Under the pieces are notes generated by a model that saw only the letters and a program-made list of their open reading frames with translations, did no database searches and was not told the DNA's origin. A program made the position numbers and the translations under genes. DNA of 64,000 nt, from the NCBI GenBank assembly GCA_934096315.1, contig CAKOLT010000002.1, positions 4,108 to 68,107 of the forward strand, written 5' to 3'. Positions within the stretch are counted from its first letter, which is position 1; each line of letters begins with the position of its first letter. Below, in pieces: positions 31,148 to 40,825 of this stretch. This stretch comes from an uncultured Bacilli bacterium. Its GTDB lineage: Bacteria > Bacillota_I > Bacilli_A > RF39 > UBA660.

Positions 31148-32617
31148 ATGGATAAAATAGATGTTATTAAAAACATAGGAAAAAGAACCAAAGGAGAAAT
31201 ATATCTAGGGGTAGTCGGAGCTGTAAGAACCGGAAAAAGTACATTTATAAGAAAATTTATGGAAACATTAGTTATCCCTAACATAGTAGATGAAGATGAG
31301 AAAAAAAGAACTTTAGACGAATTACCTCAAGCAGCTGCAGGTAAAACAATAATGACTACAGAACCAAAATTCGTCCCAGCAAGTGCTACCAAGATAAAAG
31401 TAGAAGACTTCACTGCATCAATTAGAATGATTGATTGTGTTGGCTACATAGTACCTAGTGCAAAAGGATATGAAGATGAAAATGGACCAAGATATGTAAT
31501 GACACCATGGTATTCTGAAGCAATCCCCTTTGTTGAAGCTGCTGAAATAGGCACGGAAAAAGTAATAAAAGACCATTCCACTATAGGAATAGTAGTCACT
31601 ACAGACGGGTCAATCACAGATTTACCAAGAAGTGATTATGAAGATGCCGAAGAAACAGTAATATCAGAATTACAAAGCATAGGAAAACCATATATAGTAA
31701 TACTAAACTCAGCTCATCCAATGTTACCAGAAACAGAAAAATTATCTGACGAATTAAAAGAAAAATACAATGTCCCAGTAATACCCCTAAATGTTGAAAA
31801 CATGCAAGAAAGAGACATGTACAACATATTAAAAGAAGCCCTATATGAATTTCCAGTAGAAGAAGTCGTAATTAATATGCCTGAATGGATCGCAGTCTTA
31901 AACCATGACCATTACCTAAAAAAAGAATACATAGAAAAAATAAAAGAAAGTATTATGCCTATAAATAAACTTAAAGATGTAGACAAAATAGTAAAACACT
32001 TTACAGATTCAGAATATATCTCCAAAGCATACTTATCAGAAGTAGATGGCTCCGAAGGAATAGTAACAGTTAACCTAGAATCTCCAGATAACCTATATAG
32101 TGAAGTACTAAATAGCATAATAGGACAAAATATTAATTCCAAAGCGGATTTACTATACCTATTTCAAGATTTCCAAGAAGCTAAAGAAGAATATGATCAA
32201 ATAAAAAATGCTCTAAAAATGGTAAAACAAACCGGATACGGTGTAGCTTCTCCAACACTATCTGATATGAAACTAGATAAACCAGAAATAATTAAACAAG
32301 GATCAAGGTACGGAGTAAAACTAAAAGCTAAAGCCCCATCCATACATATGATAAAAGTCGAAGTAGAAAGTACATTTGAGCCAATAATAGGTAGCGAACT
32401 ACAATCTAAAGAATTAATAAACTCCTTAACTAAAGAAGAAGAAGGAAATAACATATGGAAAAGTGAAATATTTGGACGTAGCCTTGAAGTAATAGTCCAA
32501 GAAGGAATCCAAGCAAAATTAGCAATGTTACCAGAATCAATAAGGTTTAAACTTTGCCAAACATTAACAAAAATAATCAATAAAGGAAGTAATACAATGA
32601 TAGCAATAGTTATCTAA
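31148..32617 (+). CDS. spoIVA: stage IV sporulation protein A (spore-coat morphogenetic ATPase)
   Basis: IYLGVVGAVRTGKSTFIRKFME, AAGKTIMTTEPKFVP, ALKMVKQTGYGVASP, APSIHMIKVEVES and C-terminal ...GSNTMIAIVI track B. subtilis SpoIVA end to end. Confidence 0.94.
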   Translation: MDKIDVIKNIGKRTKGEIYLGVVGAVRTGKSTFIRKFMETLVIPNIVDEDEKKRTLDELPQAAAGKTIMTTEPKFVPASATKIKVEDFTASIRMIDCVGYIVPSAKGYEDENGPRYVMTPWYSEAIPFVEAAEIGTEKVIKDHSTIGIVVTTDGSITDLPRSDYEDAEETVISELQSIGKPYIVILNSAHPMLPETEKLSDELKEKYNVPVIPLNVENMQERDMYNILKEALYEFPVEEVVINMPEWIAVLNHDHYLKKEYIEKIKESIMPINKLKDVDKIVKHFTDSEYISKAYLSEVDGSEGIVTVNLESPDNLYSEVLNSIIGQNINSKADLLYLFQDFQEAKEEYDQIKNALKMVKQTGYGVASPTLSDMKLDKPEIIKQGSRYGVKLKAKAPSIHMIKVEVESTFEPIIGSELQSKELINSLTKEEEGNNIWKSEIFGRSLEVIVQEGIQAKLAMLPESIRFKLCQTLTKIINKGSNTMIAIVI

Positions 32618-32756
32618 AGTATTACTTTTTTAAATATTTATATGTATAATTAGCCATTTTTTCATAAAAAGACTTGATTTTATTATATTTTCGTGGTATC
32701 TTTAAATAGTAAGCAAGATAAATACTGCTTGCAATTAAATAATGGAGGTAGAAAAA

Positions 32757-33029
32757 ATGACAAAAACAAATTTAGTAGAATTTATTGTTGAAAAAACTGA
32801 TTTACCTAAAGCAGAAGCTACAAAAGTATTAGATGCTGTATTAGAAGGAATCACTGAAGGATTAAAAAAAGAAGGAAAAGTATCTCTAGTAGGATTCGGA
32901 ACTTTTACTTCAAAGAAAAGAGAAGCAAGAACTGGACGTAATCCATTAACTGGAGAAGAAATTAAAATTGCAGAACGTATGGTTCCAGGCTTCAAAGCAG
33001 GCAATAAATTAAAAGATGCATTAAACTAA
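32757..33029 (+). CDS. hup: DNA-binding protein HU
   Basis: MTKTNLVEFIVEKTDLPKAEATKVLDAV...GFGTF..REARTGRNPLTGEEIKI. ATG 32757 follows GGAGG. Confidence 0.92.
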   Translation: MTKTNLVEFIVEKTDLPKAEATKVLDAVLEGITEGLKKEGKVSLVGFGTFTSKKREARTGRNPLTGEEIKIAERMVPGFKAGNKLKDALN

Positions 33030-33046
33030 TAAGACTAATGTTTCCT

Positions 33047-33080
33047 AAACCATTGACAAAGAATTGTCAATGGTTTTTTA
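33047..33080 (+). terminator. intrinsic terminator after hup
   Basis: AAACCATTGACAA (33047-33059) pairs with TTGTCAATGGTTT (33064-33076), a perfect 13-bp stem, followed by TTT. Confidence 0.8.
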
Positions 33081-33157
33081 AAACATAGTATAATTATAAC
33101 AAAAATAAGAAATAATCCCTTTTCTATGATATAATAAACAAAGAAAGAAGGAATAAA

Positions 33158-34138
33158 ATGTTTAAAATAGGAAATATTGAAATAAAAAACAATATAGTTT
33201 TAGCCCCCATGGCAGGAATATGTAACAGTGCTTTCAGAAAAATAATAAAAGAAATGGGCTGTGGTCTAATTTATGCCGAAATGGTAAGCGATAAAGCATT
33301 AATATATAATAGCAAAAAAACAATGGACATGCTCTATTTCGAAGATAAAGAAAGACCCATTGCTCAGCAAATCTTTGGAAGTGACAAAGAATCATTTGTC
33401 CAAGCTGCAAAATTAGTATATGAAACAGTAAAACCAGATATAATAGATATAAATATGGGTTGCCCTGTACCCAAGATAGCGGTCAAATTGCAAGCCGGAG
33501 CAGCACTTCTAAAAAATCCATCTTTAATAAAAGAAATAGTAACAGCAGTAGTCCAAGCAGTACCAATTCCCGTAACAGTAAAAATAAGAAGTGGCTGGGA
33601 TAACAATAGCATAAATGCTGTAGAAGTCGCAAAAATAATTGAAGAATCTGGAGCATCTGCTATAACTATTCACCCCCGTACCAGAAGTGCAGGATACAAA
33701 GGAAAACCAGATTTAGAAATAATAAAAAAAATAAAAGAAACAGTATCAATTCCCGTAATAGGAAATGGTGATATAACAGACATAGAAAGTGCCAAAAAAA
33801 TGTTTGAAGTAACCAAATGTGACGCTATAATGATAGGAAGAGCCACTCTCGGGAATCCCTGGATAATAAAACAACTAGTAACATATTTTGATACCGGAGA
33901 AATATTACCCCCTCCAACTAATGAAGAAAAAATAGATCTTGCATTAAAACACCTAGATTATCTTCTTAAACAAAAAAATGAAAAAATATCAGTTCTAGAA
34001 ATGAGAAGCCATATAGCATGGTATTTAAAAGGAATGCCTAATACAGCATTAGTTAAAAACAAGTGCTTTAAAGCAGAAACAGAAGCAGAACTAAAAACTA
34101 TACTAAATGATTACAAAAAAGAATTAAATATTTATTAA
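33158..34138 (+). CDS. dusB: tRNA-dihydrouridine synthase B
   Basis: LAPMAGICNSAFRKI, DINMGCPVPKI, AITIHPRTR, NGDI. 326 aa. The position before lysS matches Bacilli. Confidence 0.9.
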   Translation: MFKIGNIEIKNNIVLAPMAGICNSAFRKIIKEMGCGLIYAEMVSDKALIYNSKKTMDMLYFEDKERPIAQQIFGSDKESFVQAAKLVYETVKPDIIDINMGCPVPKIAVKLQAGAALLKNPSLIKEIVTAVVQAVPIPVTVKIRSGWDNNSINAVEVAKIIEESGASAITIHPRTRSAGYKGKPDLEIIKKIKETVSIPVIGNGDITDIESAKKMFEVTKCDAIMIGRATLGNPWIIKQLVTYFDTGEILPPPTNEEKIDLALKHLDYLLKQKNEKISVLEMRSHIAWYLKGMPNTALVKNKCFKAETEAELKTILNDYKKELNIY

Positions 34139-34205
34139 AATAGAAAGCAAAAACTATTTAAATCTACCAAAAAATATGATACAATAGTATAGAAACGGAG
34201 GAAAA

Positions 34206-34787
34206 ATGAATACAAGTTTTTTTACAAGAGCATCAGCTTATATTATAGATGCCATTATAGTACTAATAATACTAAATATTATAACAATAGGAGTTCCAAC
34301 AAACAATTCATATAACGAAAAAATTACAGAGTTAACAAAACAATTATCAAACGGTGAAATAACAACTCAAGAATACTATGACCAGTACGCTGACGTATAT
34401 TACGATCTCCAAAAATCAAATACTGTAGTGAATGTAATATCAATAATACTAACAATAGCATATTTCATAGTATTTCAATACCTAAACAAAGGTCAGACTA
34501 TAGGTAAAAAACTATTTAACTTAAAAATAGTAAGTACAGATGAAAAACCAATAAAACTCTCACAAATAATAATAAGAAGTATATTTATTTACAGCCTAAT
34601 ATCAGCAATATTAAACATAATATTTGTATACATAATAGGCAAAGACTCTTATTATATGGTAAGCACTATCACAACCATGATAGATACCTTACTTATCCTT
34701 ATAACAGTAATATTTATACTATTTAGACAAGATAAAAGAGGAATACATGATGTAATTGCTAAAACAAAAGTAATAAAAGAAATTTAG
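34206..34787 (+). CDS. RDD family membrane protein
   Basis: RASAYIIDAIIV..., ...GQTIGKKLFNLKIV..., ...RGIHDVIAKTKVI. Contains TM helices. Confidence 0.7.
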   Translation: MNTSFFTRASAYIIDAIIVLIILNIITIGVPTNNSYNEKITELTKQLSNGEITTQEYYDQYADVYYDLQKSNTVVNVISIILTIAYFIVFQYLNKGQTIGKKLFNLKIVSTDEKPIKLSQIIIRSIFIYSLISAILNIIFVYIIGKDSYYMVSTITTMIDTLLILITVIFILFRQDKRGIHDVIAKTKVIKEI

Positions 34788-34798
34788 GAGGAAAAGAA

Positions 34799-36253
34799 AT
34801 GAAGTACACAGAACAAGAATTAGTAAGAAGAGAAAAACTTAAAAATATACCAAACCCGTATCCTGAAAAATACGAGATAACTCATGAATTAAAAGACGCA
34901 AGAAACCTAGAAGATGGAAGCAGTGATGTAAAAGTCGCAGGTAGAATAATTTTAATGCGTAAAATGGGGAAAATGTCATTTATAACTATTGGGGATATTG
35001 AAGGAAAATTACAAGTCTCACTAAAATTAGATCTATTAGGAGAAGAAAAATACAACTTCTTTAAAAACAATATAGATATTGGAGACTTTATTGGAGCAGA
35101 TGGAGAAATATTTACAACCCATACTGGAGAAAAAACATTAAGAGCATCAGATTTCACTTTCCTTGGAAAGGCACTAAAACCACTCCCAGAAAAATTTCAT
35201 GGATTAGAAGACATAGAAACCATTTATCGTCAAAGATATGTAGATTTAATAATGAATGAAGACGCTAGAGACAAATTTCTATTTAGAAGCAAATTCATAA
35301 AAGAAATAAGAAAGTATCTAGATAACCTAGGATACATTGAAATAGAAACCCCAATATTACTAAATAAAGCAAGTGGAGCTACAGCAAGACCATTCATAAC
35401 ACATCATAATGCCCTAGATGTAGACCTATACCTAAGAATTGCCCCAGAAACATATCTAAAAAGAGCAGTAGTAGGAGGATTTACCAAAGTATATGAAGTA
35501 GCTAGATGTTTTAGAAATGAAGGAATGGATGCAACACACCTACAAGACTTTACAATGCTTGAAGCTTATGGAGCATACCTAAATTATCAGGATAACATGA
35601 AATTAACAAGAGAAATGCTCCAAACAATAATTTCAAACATATTTGGTACTCTAAAAATAAATTTTGGGGACAAAGAAGTAGACCTAAGCGGAGAGTGGGA
35701 AGCTATATCATTTAGAGACTTACTTTTAAAATACTGTGATATAGACTTAAATATATATGACACAAAAGAAAAATTATTAGACAAAATAAAAGAACAAAAA
35801 ATAGATATAGACAGTGAAGTACCACTAGAAAACCTAGGATATGGAAATCTAGTAGATCAGTTATATAAGAAAGTAGCAAGACCAAATATAGTTAACCCAA
35901 TATTCTTAACAAAACACCCTATAGACTTATCACCACTAGCAAGAGCAAATGACGAAAACCCTAATATAACAGACAGATTCCAATTAGTTATAAATGGAGC
36001 AGAAATAATAAATGCATATTCCGAATTAGTAGATCCAACTGAGCAACAAAAAAGACTTCAAAAACAAGCAGAGTTAAAAGAAAAAGGCGATGAAGAAGCT
36101 ATGCCAATGGATACAGAATACATCGAAGCAATGGAATATGGAATGCCACCAATAAGTGGTTGGGGTATGGGAATAGATAGATTAGTACAATTATTAACCA
36201 ATTCCAAAAACATTAAAGACGTAATAATGTTCCCATTAATGAAGAAAAAATAA
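34799..36253 (+). CDS. lysS: lysine--tRNA ligase (class II)
   Basis: OB-fold N-terminus (VKVAGRIILMRKMGKMSFITIGD), class II motifs (FRNEG, GWGMGIDRL). 484 aa. Confidence 0.93.
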   Translation: MKYTEQELVRREKLKNIPNPYPEKYEITHELKDARNLEDGSSDVKVAGRIILMRKMGKMSFITIGDIEGKLQVSLKLDLLGEEKYNFFKNNIDIGDFIGADGEIFTTHTGEKTLRASDFTFLGKALKPLPEKFHGLEDIETIYRQRYVDLIMNEDARDKFLFRSKFIKEIRKYLDNLGYIEIETPILLNKASGATARPFITHHNALDVDLYLRIAPETYLKRAVVGGFTKVYEVARCFRNEGMDATHLQDFTMLEAYGAYLNYQDNMKLTREMLQTIISNIFGTLKINFGDKEVDLSGEWEAISFRDLLLKYCDIDLNIYDTKEKLLDKIKEQKIDIDSEVPLENLGYGNLVDQLYKKVARPNIVNPIFLTKHPIDLSPLARANDENPNITDRFQLVINGAEIINAYSELVDPTEQQKRLQKQAELKEKGDEEAMPMDTEYIEAMEYGMPPISGWGMGIDRLVQLLTNSKNIKDVIMFPLMKKK

Positions 36254-36317
36254 ACAACTAGTTAAATAACGTGCAAAAAATACAAAAATATGGTATTATT
36301 ATTGTGAGGAGGTTAAA

Positions 36318-37742
36318 ATGAAAAAAAATAGTTTATTTAAATTCCTAGGAATATTATTATTAATAGTATTAGTATTAACATATATTATCCCAGGAAGAAG
36401 CAATACCATTAGTTATTTAGGATTAGGAGACCTATTTCTAAATTATTTACAATCATTCTATTATTTCTTTGATACAGCTCTATTTATACTAGTAATAGGA
36501 GGTTTCTATGGATTATTAAATAAAACAGGAGCCTACAAGAAATTATTAGATGCTATTGTAACAAAAGTAAAACCTAAAAGTAAAAAGTTTATATTTCTAA
36601 CAGTAATTATCTTTGCTGTATTAGAAGCATTAACAGGAATGACAATGAATCTATTAGTATTTGTACCATTTGTAATATCAATAATACTATTATTAGGATA
36701 TGACAAATTAGTAGCAATATCATCTACTATTGGTGCAATATTAATTGGTTTCATCGGAGGAATATTTGTAGCATTTAGAGACCCTAGTAATTACTATGGC
36801 GTAACATACACAACATTTGAAAAATTAGTAGGATTAGATAAAAACTTTGTTAATATATTCCCTAAATTATTACTTTTATTAGCATCAATAGGTTTACTAA
36901 TATATTATATATCAAGACACATAAAAAATGTCCAAGATAAAAAAGTAAAATACGAACTAAATGATGGCACAGATATTCTAATAGCAGAAGTTAAAGGAAA
37001 TTATAAAAACTTAAAAGTATGGCCACTTATAACCATTTTAAGTATAATATTAGTATTATTAATACTAGGATTCTTCCCATTTGAAACACTATTTGGGGTA
37101 ACAGTATTTAATGACTTCCATACATGGCTTACAGGCCTTACTATAAAGAAATTCGAAGTATGGAATAACATAATATCTGCAAACTTCCCTGCCTTTGGTA
37201 ACTGGGCTTCTCTAGGAAATTATATGATGACAATGATAATTTTAATACTATTTGCACTATTAGTAAAAATAGTATACAAAATAAAATTATCAGACGCACT
37301 AGAAGGATTCACAGATGGAATGAAAAAAATGTTACCAACAGTATGTCTAGTAATACTATCATGTGCAGTATTAGTATGTACATACAATAATGGTTTCATG
37401 GAAACTATAATAACAAAAGCAGGTGACTTTAACCTTGGAATTTCATCTTTAATAGCCCTACTAGGTAGCTTATTAAATGTAGACTTATACTATACTGCTT
37501 CAAGTACATTCTTACCAATGGTAAATGCATTTTCAGATAAAACAAACCTAGAACTAGTAGCTATTTTATTCCAAAGCCTATATGGATTTATAAATCTAAT
37601 TGGTCCAACAAGTTTATTACTAATAATTGGATTATCATATTTAGATGTACCATATACAACATGGCTAAAATATATTTGGCGTTTTGCTCTATACCTATTT
37701 ATCTTAATATTTATAGTAGCACTAATAGTAATATTAGTATAA
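36318..37742 (+). CDS. polytopic membrane transporter, YfcC / DcuC-like family (tentative)
   Basis: 474 aa with more than 10 TM helices. The N-terminal LTYIIPG..., ILVIGGFYGLLNKTGAYKKL and LLLGYDKLVA segments resemble YfcC-family proteins. Confidence 0.5.
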   Translation: MKKNSLFKFLGILLLIVLVLTYIIPGRSNTISYLGLGDLFLNYLQSFYYFFDTALFILVIGGFYGLLNKTGAYKKLLDAIVTKVKPKSKKFIFLTVIIFAVLEALTGMTMNLLVFVPFVISIILLLGYDKLVAISSTIGAILIGFIGGIFVAFRDPSNYYGVTYTTFEKLVGLDKNFVNIFPKLLLLLASIGLLIYYISRHIKNVQDKKVKYELNDGTDILIAEVKGNYKNLKVWPLITILSIILVLLILGFFPFETLFGVTVFNDFHTWLTGLTIKKFEVWNNIISANFPAFGNWASLGNYMMTMIILILFALLVKIVYKIKLSDALEGFTDGMKKMLPTVCLVILSCAVLVCTYNNGFMETIITKAGDFNLGISSLIALLGSLLNVDLYYTASSTFLPMVNAFSDKTNLELVAILFQSLYGFINLIGPTSLLLIIGLSYLDVPYTTWLKYIWRFALYLFILIFIVALIVILV

Positions 37743-37758
37743 ATGTCATAACTAAAAG

Positions 37759-37806
37759 AGAGTTTAGAAAAGTGAATCAATATTGATTCGCTTTTAAACT
37801 CTTTTC
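37759..37806 (+). terminator. long hairpin terminator after the transporter gene
   Basis: Core palindrome GAATCAATATTGATTC (37774-37789) is extended by AGAGTTTAGAAAAG / CTTTTAAACTCT, then TTTTC. Confidence 0.6.
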
Positions 37807-37812
37807 TAATGC

Positions 37813-37844
37813 AAATAAAAAATATCCACAGCCACTGTGGATAT
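37813..37844 (-). terminator. intrinsic terminator for rpmB
   Basis: ATATCCACAG (37822-37831) pairs with CTGTGGATAT (37835-37844). On the minus strand the hairpin is followed by TTTTTATTT. Confidence 0.65.
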
Positions 37845-38026
37845 TAATTGTCTTTCTTTAAACTTCTAATTTCTCTGGCACTAAGTCTAACAGTCATAGA
37901 CTTACCATTTTTATCTACAACCTTAACAGGCTGTAAATTAACCTTTTGACTCTTTTTAGTAGCCTTTAAACAGTTAGGTCTGTTATTAGCACGATTAGTC
38001 TTTTTATTTGATAAATTAATTGCCAT
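37844..38026 (-). CDS. rpmB: 50S ribosomal protein L28 (divergent)
   Basis: 60 aa and very basic. ...NRANNRPNCLKATKKSQKVNLQPVKVVDKNGKSMTVRLSAREIRSLKK aligns by eye with L28 (...GNNVSHA.NKTKR.F.PNLQKVRV...V.VSARALKSGK). GAGGAGGG SD. Confidence 0.65.
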   Translation of the reverse strand: MAINLSNKKTNRANNRPNCLKATKKSQKVNLQPVKVVDKNGKSMTVRLSAREIRSLKKDN

Positions 38027-38057
38027 TTATATCCCTCCTCAAACTAAATGTATATTA

Positions 38058-38086
38058 ATTTTACTATAAAAAAGCCGTTAAGTCAA
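38058..38086 (-). promoter_or_regulatory. sigma-A-like promoter for rpmB
   Basis: On the minus strand: TTGACT (38086-38081), 17-nt spacer, TAAAAT (38063-38058). Confidence 0.5.
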
Positions 38087-38104
38087 TAAAAACAGGAAAA
38101 AATC

Positions 38105-38803
38105 TCATAATTGCTTGTTATTTTTCAAAAATTCTCTTAAAATTTTCGTAGTAGCCCTCTTTTCAATTCGAGAAACATAACTTCTAGAAATACCCATCTC
38201 TTTAGCTATTTCTTTTTGAGTAATTTCATTATTACCATCTAACCCATATCTCTTAATCAAAATATCTCTCTCCCTATCCGTCAAAACCTTTAAATATTCT
38301 TTTAAAAAAACTATATTATCATTTTTATAAATTTCCTCAATAAAATCAGTTTCTGGAGTCTTTAAAATATCCAAAATAGTTATCTCATTACCTTCCTTAT
38401 CATAACTAATCCCATCATATAAACTAATATTTTTACTATTCTTTTTATCAGCCCTAAAGTACATAAGAATTTCATTCTCTATACACTTAGCAACATAAGT
38501 AGTAAGCTTAACCTTCTTATTTAATGAGTAAGTATCAATACCCTTAATAAGACCAATAGTACCAATACCAATCAAATCATCAACATCATGTTCACTCGTT
38601 TCAAACTTTTTAACAATATGAGCCACTAACCTAAGATTATGCTCAATAAGTTTACTTCTTGCCTCCCCATCACCATTCTTAGCCTTTATAATACACTCTT
38701 CTTCTTCTTCCTTTTCCAAAGGCATAGGAAAAATATTATTAGAATAAGAACCAGTAAATAAATTCATATTCTCTATAAGAGTATTAAGTATATTAAATAA
38801 CAT
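38105..38803 (-). CDS. sigK: RNA polymerase sporulation sigma factor SigK (pro-form, uninterrupted)
   Basis: NNIFPMPLEKEEE..., LIEHNLRLVAHIVKKFE, GIGTIGLIKGIDTYS, CIENEILMYFR and EIAKEMGISRSYVSRIEKRA match B. subtilis SigK better than SigE/G. Start ATG 38803 lies 5 nt after GGAGG. Confidence 0.85.
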   Translation of the reverse strand: MLFNILNTLIENMNLFTGSYSNNIFPMPLEKEEEEECIIKAKNGDGEARSKLIEHNLRLVAHIVKKFETSEHDVDDLIGIGTIGLIKGIDTYSLNKKVKLTTYVAKCIENEILMYFRADKKNSKNISLYDGISYDKEGNEITILDILKTPETDFIEEIYKNDNIVFLKEYLKVLTDRERDILIKRYGLDGNNEITQKEIAKEMGISRSYVSRIEKRATTKILREFLKNNKQL

Positions 38804-38954
38804 AACAACCTCCATTAAATTATAATACATAAAAACAAAAAATATGAAAATTTGACAATATTCTATTTTTATGATAATATATAATCACAATTTATTTAAA
38901 TCAATTGACAAAACTAATTTTTTTTGAGAAAATTATAATAGAGGTGATGTAAGT

Positions 38955-39281
38955 ATGTATCAAGATAGAATTTCCTTATCAATACAAGATATACTTGACA
39001 AAGAATTCAAAGTAGACGCCCGTGGTTATAGGCTTCAAGAAGTTGACAAATTCTTAGATATTATAATAAAAGATTACAACGAGTTTGACAATATAATAAG
39101 AAGCTATGATAGAGAAAGAAAAAAACTAATTGCAGAAAATAATGCCCTAAAACAAGAAATACATAATTTAAAATCAAGCATATCTGCAATTAAAACAGGA
39201 GAAAAAGAAATAACAAATGTAGATTTGATAAGAAGAATATCCCAACTAGAAAAAATAATTTTCGGCAAAGAAAAAGAATAA
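38955..39281 (+). CDS. gpsB: cell-cycle protein GpsB (DivIVA-domain)
   Basis: LSIQDILDKEFKVDARGYRLQEVDKFLDIIIKDY plus C-terminal NVDLIRRISQLEKIIFG (compare B. subtilis NFDILKRLSNLEKHVFG). Lies next to rnpB, as in B. subtilis. Confidence 0.85.
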   Translation: MYQDRISLSIQDILDKEFKVDARGYRLQEVDKFLDIIIKDYNEFDNIIRSYDRERKKLIAENNALKQEIHNLKSSISAIKTGEKEITNVDLIRRISQLEKIIFGKEKE

Positions 39282-39282
39282 T

Positions 39283-39626
39283 TTTATCTGGACAAACGCT
39301 GCAGATTCCTGTAGAGGAAAGTCCACGCTCGCACTGTCTGTGATGACAGTAGTGTTTGTGCATAGGGAAAAAATAACCTATGGCAGTATTTACTGACGGC
39401 GGATATTATACCTAAAGAAATATTCCATGGTATAAATCATAAAGTGCCACAGAGACGAGTTATTTAGAAATAAATAAGTGAAACGAGGTAAACCCCACAA
39501 GCGAGAAACCCAAATTACGGTAGGGGAACCACCCAAAGAGAAACGAATCTAATGGTGGATGGTTAAAACCATAGATAAATGTTTGTCGCCTTTATTAAGG
39601 TACAGAACGTGGCTTATAAGATAATA
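39283..39626 (+). ncRNA. rnpB: RNase P RNA, type B (Firmicute type), compact (~345 nt)
   Basis: GCUGCAGAU...CUGUAGAGGAAAGUCCACGCUCGCAC, GUAGUGUUUGUGC, AAAGUGCCACAGAGACGA, GGUAAACCCCACAAGCGAGAAACCCAAAUUACGGUAGGGGAACC and ACAGAACGUGGCUUA. The P1 ends are UUAUCU / AGAUAA. Exact ends are +/- a few nt. Confidence 0.9.
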
Positions 39627-39642
39627 TTATTATAAAAGGAAG

Positions 39643-40119
39643 ATGAAAATGAAAGAAATTGGAATAAAATTAAAAGAAAAAAGGGAAGAAAATGGTTTAA
39701 CGGTTGATGAAGCCGCCGAGGACCTCAAGGTCAGACCAACACAATTACTAAATCTTGAAGAAGGTAAAAAAGAAGAATTTCCTGATGTATTATTTTTAAA
39801 ATACTTAATAAGGGATTATTCTAAATATTTAGGATTAGATGGTGAAGAAATGGTCGATGAATTTAACGAATTTCTCTTTGACTTTACCTCAAAGATACCA
39901 CTAGAAGAAATAGAAAAAGCCAAAGAAGAAAAAAAGAAAGAAAACCCCAAAATACCTTCACCATATACCTCTTTCGAACAAGAAAAATATAAAATACCAA
40001 AAATTGCTATTATAATAACAGTCCTTATATTAATAATTTTTGGTGTTTACTTGATAGCAAGTAATATAGAATCAAATGATTTCCAAAAAGATAACGTAAC
40101 GTATGTAATAGGGAGGTAA
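39643..40119 (+). CDS. RodZ-like HTH membrane protein (YmfM-like, short)
   Basis: N-terminal XRE-type HTH (IGIKLKEKREENGLTVDEAAEDLKVRPTQLLNLEEG) and a single TM helix near the C-terminus. Lies directly before pgsA, like B. subtilis ymfM. Confidence 0.6.
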   Translation: MKMKEIGIKLKEKREENGLTVDEAAEDLKVRPTQLLNLEEGKKEEFPDVLFLKYLIRDYSKYLGLDGEEMVDEFNEFLFDFTSKIPLEEIEKAKEEKKKENPKIPSPYTSFEQEKYKIPKIAIIITVLILIIFGVYLIASNIESNDFQKDNVTYVIGR

Positions 40120-40121
40120 AA

Positions 40122-40715
40122 ATGAATAAGGCAAATAAAATAACAATATCAAGAATAATAATGTCAATAATAATAATAATATTGTTACTATTTCCATTCT
40201 ATAGTTTTGGAATAAATTTCCCAAAATACGTAGTAAACAGTAGCACAATAATTGACCTAAAATACATAATAGCGGGAATTATATTTATAATTGCATCCCT
40301 AACTGATTTCCTAGACGGTTACATAGCCAGAAAATATGACATGGTAACTGACTTTGGAAAAATGGTAGATGCAATTTCAGACAAAATGCTAACCAACTCA
40401 TTAATGATAATATTAGCATGTAATGGAATGATTGCCCCAATAATAGTAGTAGTATTTGTAGTAAGAGACATAATAGTAGACTCAATAAAAATGCTAATAG
40501 GAAACAAAGGAAAAACAGTAGCAGCTATCCCAATAGCCAAAGTAAAAACCGCTACACTTATGGTAGGACTAACATTAACCCTATTCTACAATTTACCGTT
40601 TGAATTAGTAGGACTTAGAGTATCAGAATACCTATTAATAATTTCCTGCATTCTTGCGGTAGTATCAGGAATAAAGTACTACAATATGGCAAAAGAATAT
40701 ATAGTAACAAAGTAA
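40122..40715 (+). CDS. pgsA: CDP-diacylglycerol--glycerol-3-phosphate 3-phosphatidyltransferase
   Basis: CDP-alcohol phosphotransferase motif DFLDGYIARKYDMVTDFGKMVDAISDK. Confidence 0.9.
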   Translation: MNKANKITISRIIMSIIIIILLLFPFYSFGINFPKYVVNSSTIIDLKYIIAGIIFIIASLTDFLDGYIARKYDMVTDFGKMVDAISDKMLTNSLMIILACNGMIAPIIVVVFVVRDIIVDSIKMLIGNKGKTVAAIPIAKVKTATLMVGLTLTLFYNLPFELVGLRVSEYLLIISCILAVVSGIKYYNMAKEYIVTK

Positions 40716-40743
40716 CTTTAGTAATAAAAACTAAAGTTTTTTT
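40715..40743 (+). terminator. intrinsic terminator after pgsA
   Basis: ACTTTAG (40715-40721) pairs with CTAAAGT (40731-40737), followed by TTTTTT. Confidence 0.7.
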
Positions 40744-40770
40744 CTAACAAAAATTACCACTCTATCAGTA

Positions 40771-40799
40771 TTGACAAAGCATACAAACTATAATATAAT
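40771..40799 (+). promoter_or_regulatory. consensus sigma-A promoter for recA
   Basis: TTGACA (40771-40776), 17-nt spacer, TATAAT (40794-40799). Confidence 0.7.
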
Positions 40800-40825
40800 G
40801 AAAATGTCACTGTAAGGGAGGAAAA

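Noticed and set aside
38105-38830. Checked sigK for a skin-like intervening element or split gene.
   Set aside because: The ORF is continuous from the pro-sequence through region 4 (…ISRSYVSRIEKRA…). No recombinase or interruption is present.
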